Sequence record: MT135025.1
Reading direction: 5' to 3' (one strand)
Length of the DNA stretch: 64,000 bases
Below are positions 55,967 through 64,000 of this stretch, piece by piece (positions within the stretch are counted from its first letter, which is position 1; each line of letters opens with the position of its first letter). The notes beneath the pieces are model-generated. The model saw only the letters and a program-made list of their open reading frames with translations. It was not told where the DNA came from and did no database searches. Position numbers and translations under genes: made by a program.

Positions 55967-56878
55967 ATGTCTATGTTCAAACGCAAATCTCCAGCACAAC
56001 TTCAAGAAAAACTAGAAAAAATGTCAAGCAAAAAGTCATTTGACAACGCTGACGAGTGGAAACTAACCACTGATAAACTAGGTAACGGTTCTGCGGTGAT
56101 TCGCTTCCTTCCTGCAAAAGGCGAAGACGACCTACCATTCGTAAAAATCTTCACTCACGGTTTCAAAGAAAACGGCAACTGGTTCATCGAAAACTGTCCA
56201 TCGACTATCGATCTTCCTTGTCCATGCTGTGCAGCTAACGGCGAGCTTTGGAAAACTGAGAACGAAGACAATCAAAACATTGCGCGTAAACGCAAGCGTA
56301 CTCTTTCATACTGGGCTAATATCGTTGTAATCAAAGATGACGCAGCGCCAGAAAATGAAGGCAAAGTTTTCAAATACCGCTTCGGTAAGAAAATTCTTGA
56401 CAAGATCACTCAAGCTGCTCAAGCAGACGAAGATCTAGGTGTACCGGGCATGGACGTGACTTGTGTATTCGACGGTGCTAACTTCAGCTTGAAAGCTAAG
56501 AAAGTATCTGGTTTCCCTAACTACGACGACTCTAAATTCGGCCCAAGCACTGAGCTATACGGCGGTGACGAAGCTAAACTTAAAGAAGTTTGGGATGCAA
56601 TGCACGATCTGAACGCAATCATTGCGCCTTCAGCTTTCAAATCAGAAGCTGAACTACAGAAACGCTTCTTGCAAGTAACTGGTGCGGCTCAGCCAAAAGC
56701 ATCGGCTGCTCAGAATCTTGAAGCGCAACTGAACACTTCTGCACCTGCTCAAGCAAATGCTCCAAAAGCGGCTGCTAAGCCAGCGGCATCAGTAGACGTT
56801 GATTCAGAGCCAGTAACTGACTCTGTTGACGACGAGCTAGACGCACTGCTTGCTGACCTAGAGCTAGGCGACGATTAA
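55967..56878 (+). CDS. 32: ssDNA-binding protein gp32
   Basis: 'MFKRKSPAQL', 'GNGSAVIRFLP', 'HGFKENGNWFIENCPST', acidic C-terminus. Confidence 0.97.
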   Translation: MSMFKRKSPAQLQEKLEKMSSKKSFDNADEWKLTTDKLGNGSAVIRFLPAKGEDDLPFVKIFTHGFKENGNWFIENCPSTIDLPCPCCAANGELWKTENEDNQNIARKRKRTLSYWANIVVIKDDAAPENEGKVFKYRFGKKILDKITQAAQADEDLGVPGMDVTCVFDGANFSLKAKKVSGFPNYDDSKFGPSTELYGGDEAKLKEVWDAMHDLNAIIAPSAFKSEAELQKRFLQVTGAAQPKASAAQNLEAQLNTSAPAQANAPKAAAKPAASVDVDSEPVTDSVDDELDALLADLELGDD

Positions 56879-56885
56879 TGAATAG

Positions 56886-56910
56886 AAAGGGGCTTAACAG
56901 CCCCTTTGTT
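56886..56910 (+). terminator. Hairpin terminator after gene 32
   Basis: AAAGGGGCT-TAAC-AGCCCCTTT-GTT. Confidence 0.7.
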
Positions 56911-56928
56911 CTCTCTATAGGAGATTAA

Positions 56929-57474
56929 ATGAAAGTTCAAATCGTTTTTGCACATGCTATGAGCAAATCACCACATGCCCCTTTTGGCAATCAAAACGCA
57001 CTCCCTTGGAAACACAATAAAGAAGACTTAGTACGATTTAAAGCCGCGACAATGAATAGCGTGCTTGTAATGGGTTCTAAGACGTTTGAATCACTGCCGG
57101 GTAAGTTGCCCCATCGTCCTCACATTGTGCTTAGTAGCAGCGATACAGCGACGGCTAGAAATGGTCAGCGTGCCGATGTTTACTGTTCGTGTGACGACTT
57201 CGGAGCGTTAATTAAGAACATCGAAAATGTTTATCTTATCGAAGGCTTTGATAAAATAAGTGTTATCGGTGGCCCTAGTGTTATCGAGTCTGCATTACCT
57301 TTTGCAGACTGCATATATAAAACTACAATCGTTGAAGAAATTGAATCGTACGACGTTACAATTGATTTGACTAAAATATTCTGGCATTTCCCTCACATAG
57401 TGGAATCAGAGGTCGTTGAATGTCAAAATGGCTCAACGATTTTCATTGAAAAGTTAACAAAGGGTGACTTATGA
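56929..57474 (+). CDS. frd: Dihydrofolate reductase
   Basis: 'FGNQNALPWKH.KEDL..FKAAT....VMGSKTFESLPGKLP.R' and 'VIGGPS'. Confidence 0.95.
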   Translation: MKVQIVFAHAMSKSPHAPFGNQNALPWKHNKEDLVRFKAATMNSVLVMGSKTFESLPGKLPHRPHIVLSSSDTATARNGQRADVYCSCDDFGALIKNIENVYLIEGFDKISVIGGPSVIESALPFADCIYKTTIVEEIESYDVTIDLTKIFWHFPHIVESEVVECQNGSTIFIEKLTKGDL

Positions 57475-58199
57475 TTTTTAAGAACAACATTGGATGGTAT
57501 GCAGGGGCAGGTTCTGTACGTCATGATTTCTACATCAACGGCCCGATTGAAGAGCCAAGCGATTATGAAGAAATGCTTCAGATTCTACATACCGCGTCTG
57601 AAACGGACTTGGTTTACTTGCACTTGAACACACCTGGCGGTAACTTTGCTGCTGCTTGTCAAATCTGTGATGCAATCATGCAATCTAAAGCGGGCGCGGT
57701 TATTGCGTGCGCTGAAGGTGAAGTATGTAGTGCAGGTACTATGATTTTCCTTGCTTGTAACGGCTGGCACGTATCGCCATTTGCAACGTTTATGTTCCAC
57801 ACATCTAGCGGTGGTCAAATCGGTAAAATGCCTGACACGTTGAAACAAGCTAAGGCACATGAAGAGCATCTTAACCGCGTTTGTGGTTTGCTTTACGAGC
57901 CGTTCTTCGATGCTGACGAAATCGACGAGATCATCAACCATAACCAAGACTTGTGGTTGACGCCAGACGAAGTTACTGAGCGTCTACAGCTTATGTCTAA
58001 GAAATTCGAATCAGACATGAAAGAAGCTGAAGAAAAAATTGCCGGTGACATCGAAGCTCAACTAGAAGAGCAAATTGCCGAGCGTGTTGCTGAAGAGCTT
58101 CGCAAGCTGAAAGAAGATCCTGAAGACGAAGAAGTTGAAGAGATTGAAGAGATTGAAGAAAAGCCGAAGCGCAAACGCAAAACTGCGAAAAAAGCCTAG
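57471..58199 (+). CDS. ClpP-like peptidase
   Basis: 'LHLNTPGG', catalytic Ser in 'VCSAGTMIFL', His in 'FMFHT', Asp in 'QDLWLTPDE'. Confidence 0.88.
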   Translation: MIFKNNIGWYAGAGSVRHDFYINGPIEEPSDYEEMLQILHTASETDLVYLHLNTPGGNFAAACQICDAIMQSKAGAVIACAEGEVCSAGTMIFLACNGWHVSPFATFMFHTSSGGQIGKMPDTLKQAKAHEEHLNRVCGLLYEPFFDADEIDEIINHNQDLWLTPDEVTERLQLMSKKFESDMKEAEEKIAGDIEAQLEEQIAERVAEELRKLKEDPEDEEVEEIEEIEEKPKRKRKTAKKA

Positions 58200-58266
58200 T
58201 TTAGTTTCTGTTGTAATTTAAGGGGTGGCAATTTGCTGCTCCTTTCTTAGTTAAAAGGTAAAAAAA

Positions 58267-59367
58267 ATGTCAGATTTAATGAAATCACTGAAAAAGTCTA
58301 GCACTTCTGGTTACGCGCAAGTTCTTTCTGAAAGCCAGTTTATGTTTGACAAAGACCACACTCGTACGTATGTACCTGCGATTAACATTGCATTCAGTGG
58401 TGAAGTAGATGGTGGCTTGACTTCAGGGTTAACTGTTCTAGCGGGTCCATCTAAGCACTTTAAATCAAACTTAGGTCTAGTCGGCGTCGCTGCTTATCTG
58501 AAGAAGTACCCAGACGCAGTTTGTGTGTTCATTGATACAGAATTCGGTATTACACCGTCATATTTGCGTTCTCAAGGGGTTGACCCAGACCGCGTTCTTC
58601 ATATACAATGTGAGAGCGTTGAGCGTATGAAGTTTGAAATGGCTAATCAGCTTAAAGATCTTGCAGAGCGTAAGCGTGCGAAGAAAGCGGGTGAAGAGCC
58701 AGACCGCGTTATCTTCTTCATTGACTCGGTTGGTAACGTAGCATCAGCAAAAGAAATCGACGACGCTCAAAACGAGAAGTCGGTTGCTGATATGTCACGT
58801 GCGAAGCAGTTGAAATCATTGTTTCGTATCATCACGCCGTATTTCACAATGCTAGACATTCCTTGTATTGCGATCAACCACACGTATCAGACACAAGAAA
58901 TCTACTCAAAAACTGTCATGTCTGGTGGTACGGGTATCATGTATTCTGCTGATACGGTAATCATTCTTGGTAAGCAACAAGAAAAAGACGGCAAAGACAT
59001 CATCGGTTATCACTTCATCATGAACATCGAGAAATCGCGTTTCGTGAAAGAGAAAATGAAAGTTCCGTTGACTGTTACATACGAAAACGGTATCGACCCG
59101 TTCTCTGGTCTTCTTGACATTGCTCTTCAGACTGGTCACGTTGTTAAGCCGTCTAACGGATGGTATCAGCGTGCGACTGTTGACGAAGAAACTGGTGAAA
59201 TGATCGTCGAAGAAAAGAAATATCGCGCAAAAGAAACGCAGACTATTTCTTTCTGGAAAGACATCATCAATTCGCCTACGTTCAAAGAAGGCGTCAAGCG
59301 CATTTACTGCCTCGGTCAATTAGACGAATCTGAACTATTCGGCGAAGTTGACAGCCTATTCGACTAA
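58267..59367 (+). CDS. uvsX: RecA-like recombinase UvsX
   Basis: 'LAGPSKHFKS', 'IFFIDSVGN', 'ADMSRAKQLKSLFR', 'SGGTGIMYSADT'. Confidence 0.97.
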   Translation: MSDLMKSLKKSSTSGYAQVLSESQFMFDKDHTRTYVPAINIAFSGEVDGGLTSGLTVLAGPSKHFKSNLGLVGVAAYLKKYPDAVCVFIDTEFGITPSYLRSQGVDPDRVLHIQCESVERMKFEMANQLKDLAERKRAKKAGEEPDRVIFFIDSVGNVASAKEIDDAQNEKSVADMSRAKQLKSLFRIITPYFTMLDIPCIAINHTYQTQEIYSKTVMSGGTGIMYSADTVIILGKQQEKDGKDIIGYHFIMNIEKSRFVKEKMKVPLTVTYENGIDPFSGLLDIALQTGHVVKPSNGWYQRATVDEETGEMIVEEKKYRAKETQTISFWKDIINSPTFKEGVKRIYCLGQLDESELFGEVDSLFD

Positions 59368-59426
59368 TACCCACGAGACCCGTTGATTTGTCAGCGGGTC
59401 TTTTAGCCATTTGAGGACGCCAAATT

Positions 59427-59729
59427 ATGTCACCGACTCAAGCTAGTGAAATACTGACTGAACTACAAGAACGAGTGAAATTTAGTATCATGATTGATGA
59501 TATTGAAGTTTATATCACTGATATTATAGTAGATAATAGCGGGAGACTCAAAATTGAATTTGTTACTCAACATCCAGACAAAGAAGATCAAATTCGTCCG
59601 CATGTTGAGGCATGTATTATGAAACTTATTAGTGAAGAACAAAAACGTAACGGGGTAGAAGAACAATGCAAATCGAGAAGTCGATTTTCTCAAATCTTAT
59701 CGAAAATCAAGAGTACTTTGCTACCGTAA
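59427..59729 (+). CDS. 40: Head vertex assembly chaperone gp40
   Basis: 'VYITDI....GRLKIEF.......QIRPHVEACI' compared with T4 gp40 'VYVTKL...GKVVMDF......ELAPHVEKCI'; between uvsX and 41. Confidence 0.8.
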   Translation: MSPTQASEILTELQERVKFSIMIDDIEVYITDIIVDNSGRLKIEFVTQHPDKEDQIRPHVEACIMKLISEEQKRNGVEEQCKSRSRFSQILSKIKSTLLP

Positions 59730-61066
59730 TCCCGCACTTAAAGAAAGAGTATTTTCAGTCAACTGCTCATCAGCACATTTTCATGATGATTAAGAATCAC
59801 GCGGATGAGTATAAACGTCGTGCAACGCCTGAAGTGCTTAAAGTATGTCTTGAATCTCTCACGGGGATTAGTGAATACGACTATGCGGAAATTCAGCAAA
59901 CTATTAATGAATTAGATCCACATCCGAGCCATGATTTGCGTTGGCTCATTGACATGACTGAACAGTTTTGTATTGAACAAAGTGTTTTCAACGCCCTGAG
60001 TGAATCATTAGCGATTCAAGAAAACGCAGCAAAGCCACTTGATCAACAAAACAAGCGTATTAAGCCGCTAGGCGCGATTCCCGAATTAATGCGTGACGCG
60101 CTCAACGTGTGTTTTGATACGTCAGTAGGTCATGATTATTTTGAAGACTGGGAACCTCGATACAAATCATATATCGAGAAAGCAGCAAAAATCCCGTTCA
60201 AAATGAACATTCTTAACAAGATCACTCAAGGTGGTGTTGAAAGAAGTACTCTGAATCTTCTTCTAGCGGGTTCTAACGTCGGTAAATCACTTGCATTATG
60301 TCACTTAGCGACTGAGTATCTTCTGCAAGGCTACAACGTTCTATACATCAGTATGGAAATGAGTGAAGCGGCAGTATCGAAGCGTATTGATGCCAACTTA
60401 ATGGACATCAGTATGGACGATTTCGATACTATTACTGAAAAAACATACGGCAACAAGATTCAGAATCTTGAGAAGAAAACTCAAGGTAAGTTATTCATCA
60501 AACAGTTCCCAACGGCTGGTGCTAACGTAACTCACTTCAACACGCTCATGAACGAGCTTCGTACGAAGAAGAACGTTATTCCAGACATCGTGATTGTCGA
60601 TTACTTGGGTATCTGTGCGAGTTCTCGTGTAAGCAGTTCTGAAAACACATACGTACACGTTAAAGCAATCGCTGAAGAGATTCGTGGTTTTGCTGTTGAA
60701 CACAACGTAGCTGTTTGGTCTGCTGCTCAGACTACACGTAACGCATGGGATGCAAGCGACATGGGAATGGGTGACATTGCTGAATCGGCTGGTCTTGCAC
60801 ATACTGCTGACTTGATTCTAGGTATAATGGAAACTGAAGAAACAGTTGCACTTGGACAACAACGAGTCAAGCAGATTAAGTCGCGTTATGCCGACCGAAA
60901 TCAAGATCAGACATTTATGATTGCTGTTAATAAAGGCAAACAACGATGGGGTGATATTGATGGTACAGCGAATTATTCAGCGCCTGCTCAGTCTCAAGCG
61001 AAATCGGCGTCTCCTTTCGCGCAGAAGAAAGAATCGTCGGCAAAAGCAGAGGCGGTAAATTGGTAG
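59666..61066 (+). CDS. 41: Replicative helicase gp41
   Basis: 'LAGSNVGKSLALC', 'YISMEMSE', 'IVDYLGIC', 'WSAAQTTR', 'ESAGLAHTAD', 'KSRY'. Confidence 0.97.
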   Translation: MQIEKSIFSNLIENQEYFATVIPHLKKEYFQSTAHQHIFMMIKNHADEYKRRATPEVLKVCLESLTGISEYDYAEIQQTINELDPHPSHDLRWLIDMTEQFCIEQSVFNALSESLAIQENAAKPLDQQNKRIKPLGAIPELMRDALNVCFDTSVGHDYFEDWEPRYKSYIEKAAKIPFKMNILNKITQGGVERSTLNLLLAGSNVGKSLALCHLATEYLLQGYNVLYISMEMSEAAVSKRIDANLMDISMDDFDTITEKTYGNKIQNLEKKTQGKLFIKQFPTAGANVTHFNTLMNELRTKKNVIPDIVIVDYLGICASSRVSSSENTYVHVKAIAEEIRGFAVEHNVAVWSAAQTTRNAWDASDMGMGDIAESAGLAHTADLILGIMETEETVALGQQRVKQIKSRYADRNQDQTFMIAVNKGKQRWGDIDGTANYSAPAQSQAKSASPFAQKKESSAKAEAVNW

Positions 61067-61305
61067 AGATCATCGGGTCTAAGTATTGTCTGGCGTGTCG
61101 CAAATTATGTGAGACGCTAGACAATAGAGACATTAAATACACATTTTATGACGCATTTGTTCCAAATGAACGCTATGTGATTCTTCAGAAAATTGCTGAA
61201 GACGAAGGTTATATTGCCCACCCGATAGCGTTCTACAACGGCGAATGCCTTGGCGAGGGTGTGAGCGTCTTATCTCGCATCGACAAACGGTTAGAAGAGG
61301 AATGA
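61060..61305 (+). CDS. Glutaredoxin-like protein
   Basis: CLAC (CxxC) motif, 'HPIAFYNGECLG', next to nrdD; TTG start. Confidence 0.8.
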   Translation: MVEIIGSKYCLACRKLCETLDNRDIKYTFYDAFVPNERYVILQKIAEDEGYIAHPIAFYNGECLGEGVSVLSRIDKRLEEE

Positions 61306-63141
61306 ATGAAAGACGACATTTTAGACATTGTTAGCGGTTCGGGTAATATTAAAGAAAATGCCAATAAAGACTCGAAAGTGATCCCTACAATGCGTGACTT
61401 GGTAGCTGGTACAGTGTCGAAACAATATGCACTGGAAGAATATCTACCGAAGCACATTGCAGACGCTCATATCGACGGCGATATTCATTTTCACGACCTT
61501 GATTATAGCCCACTATTCCCGCAATTCAACTGTATGCTTATCGACATCAAGGGGATGTTCGAAGGTGGGTTCAAAATGGGTAACGCTGAAATTGAAGAGC
61601 CAAATAGCATTGCGACTGCTGCGACTATCGTAACTCAGATCATTCAGCAAGTAAGCAGCCACATCTATGGCGGCAACACAATCAATCGCATCGACGAAGT
61701 GCTTGCTCCTTATGTTCGCAAGTCGTACTACAAATGGTTAGAAATCGGTCGAGAAGAACATCCAGATTCAGATTCAAAAGCCGCGATCTTTGCTCGTAAA
61801 CGTGTTGAGAAAGAAACGTATGATGCGTTTCAGACTTTTGAATACCAAGTCAATACAATGCAGACTTCAAATGGTCAGACACCATTCACGACAATCAACT
61901 TCGGTTTAGGTACTTCGTGGGAAGAGAAACTGATTCAGAAAAGCATTCTGCAAAATCGTATTGCTGGTCTAGGTAAGACTAAGAAAACTGCTATCTTCCC
62001 GAAACTTGTTTTCACGTTGAAAGACGGTGTTAACTTGAAAGAAGGTGATCCTTGTTACGGAATCAAGAAGCTTGCTCTTGAGTGTGCAAGTAAACGCATG
62101 TACCCGGACATTTTGAACTATGAAAAGCTAGTTGAAACAACTGGCGGATTCAAGTCGCCTATGGGATGTCGTTCATTCTTGGGTGAATGGAAAAATGAAG
62201 ATGGCGAAACTGTATTCGACGGTCGTAATAACTTAGGTGTTGTTTCTATAAACATCCCGCGTATTGCAATCGAAGCGTCGGGAGACACTGAACGTTTCTT
62301 CGAGATCTTGCACGAACGTTGTACACTAGCTTACGAAGCGTTGATGTTGCGTATCAAGCGTTTTGACGATGTTACTGCATCAGTTGCACCGATTCTGTAC
62401 TGTGAAGGCGCTATGGGCGTACGCTTGAAGCCAACTGATAAAGTCAGTGAAGTGTTCAAGAACGGTCGCGCAAGTATCTCACTCGGTTACATCGGTCTGC
62501 ATGAGGCTGTAACGCTGCTTTCGCCTGACAAAGACATGCACACATTCGAGTCGCAGCACAAGCAATTCCTTGCTGAAAAGATTGTTGAGACGCTTAGAGC
62601 GTACACAGACGCATGGAAAGAACTGACTGGCTACGGATTCAGTCTATACAGCACGCCAAGCGAATCGCTATGTGATCGTTTCTGTCGTCTCGATCAAGAG
62701 AAATACGGTATCATTACGGGTATCAACGACAAAGACTATTACACGAACTCGTTTCACTTAGATGTGTTCAAGAAAGTGAATCCGTTCGAGAAGATTGATT
62801 TCGAAGCAGCATACCCAATTCATGCGAATGGTGGTTTCATCTGCTATGCTGAATTCCCGAACATGCGAGACAACATCAAAGGTCTAGAGCGCGTATGGGA
62901 TTACGCATATAAGAAAGTTGCGTACTTCGGCACAAACACGCCGATTGACCAGTGTACTTGTGGTTGGTCTGGTGAAGCACATACAGACTCTGAGGGTTAT
63001 TCATGTCCTGTATGTGGCGAACGCGACCCTGAAAAACTACACGTGACACGTCGTGTCTGTGGCTATCTCGGTAACCCAGGTGCTCGTGGATGGAATCACG
63101 GAAAGACGGTCGAAATGCAAAATCGAGTTAAACACTGTTAA
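61306..63141 (+). CDS. nrdD: Anaerobic ribonucleoside-triphosphate reductase
   Basis: 'HFHDLD', 'NCMLID', 'QTPFTTINFG', 'MGCRSFL', 'GRNNLGVVSIN', 'YYTNSFH', glycyl-radical loop 'RRVCGYLG'. Confidence 0.98.
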   Translation: MKDDILDIVSGSGNIKENANKDSKVIPTMRDLVAGTVSKQYALEEYLPKHIADAHIDGDIHFHDLDYSPLFPQFNCMLIDIKGMFEGGFKMGNAEIEEPNSIATAATIVTQIIQQVSSHIYGGNTINRIDEVLAPYVRKSYYKWLEIGREEHPDSDSKAAIFARKRVEKETYDAFQTFEYQVNTMQTSNGQTPFTTINFGLGTSWEEKLIQKSILQNRIAGLGKTKKTAIFPKLVFTLKDGVNLKEGDPCYGIKKLALECASKRMYPDILNYEKLVETTGGFKSPMGCRSFLGEWKNEDGETVFDGRNNLGVVSINIPRIAIEASGDTERFFEILHERCTLAYEALMLRIKRFDDVTASVAPILYCEGAMGVRLKPTDKVSEVFKNGRASISLGYIGLHEAVTLLSPDKDMHTFESQHKQFLAEKIVETLRAYTDAWKELTGYGFSLYSTPSESLCDRFCRLDQEKYGIITGINDKDYYTNSFHLDVFKKVNPFEKIDFEAAYPIHANGGFICYAEFPNMRDNIKGLERVWDYAYKKVAYFGTNTPIDQCTCGWSGEAHTDSEGYSCPVCGERDPEKLHVTRRVCGYLGNPGARGWNHGKTVEMQNRVKHC

Positions 63142-63142
63142 G

Positions 63143-63166
63143 AAAGCGCCTTCGGGCGCTTTTTTT
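63143..63166 (+). terminator. Intrinsic terminator after nrdD
   Basis: AAAGCGCC-TTCG-GGCGCTTTTTTT. Confidence 0.92.
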
Positions 63167-63186
63167 GTTTTTGTCGGAGAAAAAGG

Positions 63187-63215
63187 TTGCAACGCGAATC
63201 AGAAGTGCGTAATAT
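63187..63215 (+). promoter_or_regulatory. sigma70-type (early) promoter
   Basis: TTGCAA-17 nt-TAATAT after an A-rich UP-like tract. Confidence 0.75.
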
Positions 63216-63258
63216 TAACTTCATCGAGACGACATCGACTAACAGAGAGAGAAACATT

Positions 63259-63678
63259 ATGCTATACATCAACTTGACTACTTGCAGCGTAACATATGAA
63301 CATTCAGTAGCTGAACTGTGGCGTATTCGAGACGGTCACAATGTTGAATCTAGATGGGATTGGGGTTCACTAGAGCGAGTTACTGAAGTCTGCAATATGC
63401 TTGATCAAGATCTATACATGGTGACAGACGCAGGTTCGGGTTGTTCACCGCGCTTTGACATTATCAAAAAGCCACGTGTAGGTGATTCAGTTAGCTATTG
63501 TTTCAATGGTGACAGCCGTCCCGACGGTGAAATCACTAAGATTTCAAAAACAATGAAGATGATTACGACATCAACTGGCAGCAAATACTATCGCCGTAAG
63601 TTGACTGGTCGATGGGTTCGGGGCGGCTGTTGGACGTTAGTACACGGTCATGTGTCTAAAATGAATGAGGAATTTTAA
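63259..63678 (+). CDS. Hypothetical early protein
   Basis: ATG 63259 after GAGAG (the ORF-track start lies in the promoter). 139 aa. Confidence 0.75.
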   Translation: MLYINLTTCSVTYEHSVAELWRIRDGHNVESRWDWGSLERVTEVCNMLDQDLYMVTDAGSGCSPRFDIIKKPRVGDSVSYCFNGDSRPDGEITKISKTMKMITTSTGSKYYRRKLTGRWVRGGCWTLVHGHVSKMNEEF

Positions 63679-64000
63679 TGTATTTCCCACGAGAACGAAG
63701 AGTTCCTGTCATGCAGCCAACGCCTTTAGCTGTTGGCAGTATGGTTCGAGTATACGTTGATCAAAAACAATATCTCGGTGCTAAATTTGTGTATCAAGGC
63801 GAGTGTGAAGAGTACATTCTGTATGATTACATGAACACTGAGACTTTCATCATCGAGAATGGTCTAATACGCACAAACACAAGCGGATTATTGATCTCTC
63901 GCATCGAAGAGCAAGAAACGTGTCAAGAACTGTTTATGCACGACGGTGTCCTGTCATACAATACAGAAAAAATTGAAACGAAGATGGAACATGTTCGTAT
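63678..64000 (+). CDS. Hypothetical early protein, partial (runs off the window)
   Basis: TAATG coupling; open frame MYFPRERRVPVMQPTPLAVG... to the end of the window. Confidence 0.7.
   Translation, partial: MYFPRERRVPVMQPTPLAVGSMVRVYVDQKQYLGAKFVYQGECEEYILYDYMNTETFIIENGLIRTNTSGLLISRIEEQETCQELFMHDGVLSYNTEKIETKMEHVR

Noticed and set aside
61306-63141. NrdD lacks an ATP-cone, has no adjacent nrdG and no intron
   Set aside because: T4-type NrdD also lacks the ATP-cone. The activase can lie outside the window. The frame is continuous and full length, so there is no intron or intein.

Overview
A 64-kb stretch of a T4-like (Straboviridae) myophage genome. The gene set and order best fit a KVP40-like vibriophage (Schizotequatrovirus); this is inferred from a 514-aa gp23, a CCA enzyme after gene 23, a lysozyme-less gp5, tandem gene 12s, and the 34/35-rnh-dsbA-33-59-32-frd-clpP-uvsX-40-41-grx-nrdD block. 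About 1-35 kb is the late morphogenesis cluster (53-27-5-5.1-5.4, 25, 6-12, wac, 13-23), interrupted by an inverted SPFH-lipoprotein operon. About 35-47 kb is an accessory region: CCA enzyme, a double-foldon fibre, two inh paralogues, probable capsid-internal proteins, uvsW and uvsY. About 47-54 kb holds long-tail-fibre genes 35 and 34, and 54-64 kb holds replication and nucleotide-metabolism genes. I found no tRNA, rRNA, CRISPR array, intron or homing endonuclease. The most unusual signals are four. (1) A non-coding element occurs twice, 28 kb apart and inverted: a hairpin, then TTAG at exact 9-nt spacing, then a sigma70-type promoter; one copy is at the uvsY promoter, and both are candidate origins. 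(2) gp15 has a C-terminal extension of 15 Trp/Tyr-anchored 14-aa repeats, followed by a 182-aa candidate partner. (3) Two T4-fibritin foldon motifs sit at the N-terminus of a separate fibre gene at the hoc position, while fibritin itself lacks a foldon. (4) Two chitin-binding-like modules are inserted in gp10. All family assignments come from motif recognition by eye, with no database searches.
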